64,000 nucleotides of DNA from Mobula hypostoma (taxonomy: Eukaryota): the NCBI RefSeq assembly GCF_963921235.1, contig NC_086097.1:207144001-207208000 (forward strand), in the 5' to 3' direction. Within the stretch, counting starts at the first letter, position 1. Every line of letters starts with the position of its first letter. Position numbers and translations under genes: made by a program. Below, piece by piece: positions 62,836 through 64,000 of this stretch. The notes beneath the pieces were generated by a model. That model worked only from the letters and a program-made list of their open reading frames with translations. It did not search any database and had not been told where the DNA came from.

Positions 62836-63028
62836 TCAAAGTTGCTGGTGAACGCAGCAGGCCAGGCAGCATCTCTAGGAAGAGGTACAGTCGACTTAGT
62901 CCTGACGAAGGGTCTCGGCCTGAAACATCGACTGTACCTCTTCCTAGAGATGCTGCCTGGCCTGCTGCGTTTACCAGCAACTTTGATGTGTGTTGCTTGA
63001 ATTTCCAGCATCTGCAGAATTCCTCGTG
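62836..63028 (+). mobile_element. Penelope-derived fold-back mini-insertion containing a hammerhead
   Basis: 15-bp TSD TTCAGGATGTAGATT (62821-62835 / 63029-63043); 59-bp inverted arms 62836-62894 / 62928-62986. Confidence 0.88.
62897..62934 (+). ncRNA. Minimal type I hammerhead ribozyme motif
   Basis: TAGTC-CTGACGA-AGGGTCTCGGCCT-GAAA-CA-TC-GACTG. Confidence 0.7.
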
Positions 63029-64000
63029 TTCAGGATGTAGATTGTATGCATTACTCTGACATTAAATGTACCTTTGAAACATTGGAAACTTATGTGGTAC
63101 ATATTGTCAGCAGTCAAATAGTAGCAAGTGTTACAATTTAAAAGGATGCAAGGATAAAGGTGGTGAGCATTCCAATATTCTGTACATGAATAGAAAAGGT
63201 AAGGACCATTGGGGCACCTCATATCCCTGATGACATTAGGTCAATAGCCAAAAGAAAAGGGCCTATCTTGTGAAGTAGAGGGTGTGACAAACAATTGTTT
63301 GTACATGGCCCAGCACATTTAGTTTACTTGTTGCCCCAGTAAATAAATCTAACCTTGTATTAAAAGGACAACTTGGTGTGAGTGGAAAGTGGAACTCACA
63401 GCAGATTGTGGATTCATTTCTCATTCTTGAGTGATTTGAGAGAAACATAGAAAATAGGTGCAGGAGTAGACCATTCGGCCCTTCGAGCCTGCACCGCCTG
63501 AACCAGACATCAGACTAGCCATGGAGGCCCAGAAATGAATAGAAACAGAAAATTTGTTCAGTGACAAGGAAATGAATGGAGCAAACAATTGTAGATGATG
63601 GAAATCTAGTACAGATACAGAAAATGGTGGAAGCATTTGAGGGTTCAAGCTAAGTCAGTTGGGAGAGAAATGAGTTTGACATTCTCAATCATGGACAAGT
63701 ATATGTATAATTGGAGAAATGCGGAGGGCTGAAGAGAAAAGAGGGAATGTCTTAACTAAAGCTGTCAAGGTAACGATTATTTTAAAAGGAATCAACTGGA
63801 GAGAGAGAAGACAAACAAAAAGAAGTTGCAACAGAAGTCTATAGAACATCTGGGGGGAGGGGGGAGGGGGAGAGGGAGAGAGAGGTATTAAATTCAGTAT
63901 TATGTCTGAATGGCTGCACCATGCCCAGACTAAAGATGAGGTGCTGTTCATTGAGTTTCTGTTGAGCATTGTTGGAGAAGTGTCAATGGCCAAACACAGG

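Overview
Eukaryotic, repeat-dense vertebrate genomic DNA. V-SINE/HE1-like SINEs plus CR1, Rex1, RTE and Penelope content suggest a cartilaginous fish such as a ray (inference). The only host gene I can support is a spliced minus-strand ALK/LTK ligand gene (ALKAL/FAM150/augmentor, best fit ALKAL1), which the ORF track largely misses. Its coding exons are 58323-58065, 52839-52786, 52657-52577 and 22641-22577 (459 nt, 152 aa, all GT-AG, phase 1), with a probable non-coding last exon starting at 15786. The rest is mostly transposon-derived: a SCAN-bearing Gmr1-like Gypsy element and a solo LTR of the same family, many CR1/Rex1/RTE LINE fragments, an 11-kb Buster-type hAT element containing six nested insertions, two palindromic four-TIR mariner MITEs, and a Tc1 relic. 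Penelope-like fragments carry minimal hammerhead ribozyme motifs, and two of them are short TSD-flanked fold-back hairpins. Exon, LTR and TSD coordinates were counted exactly; boundaries of degenerate LINE fragments are approximate. Family names come from motif recognition and memory, not from database searches.
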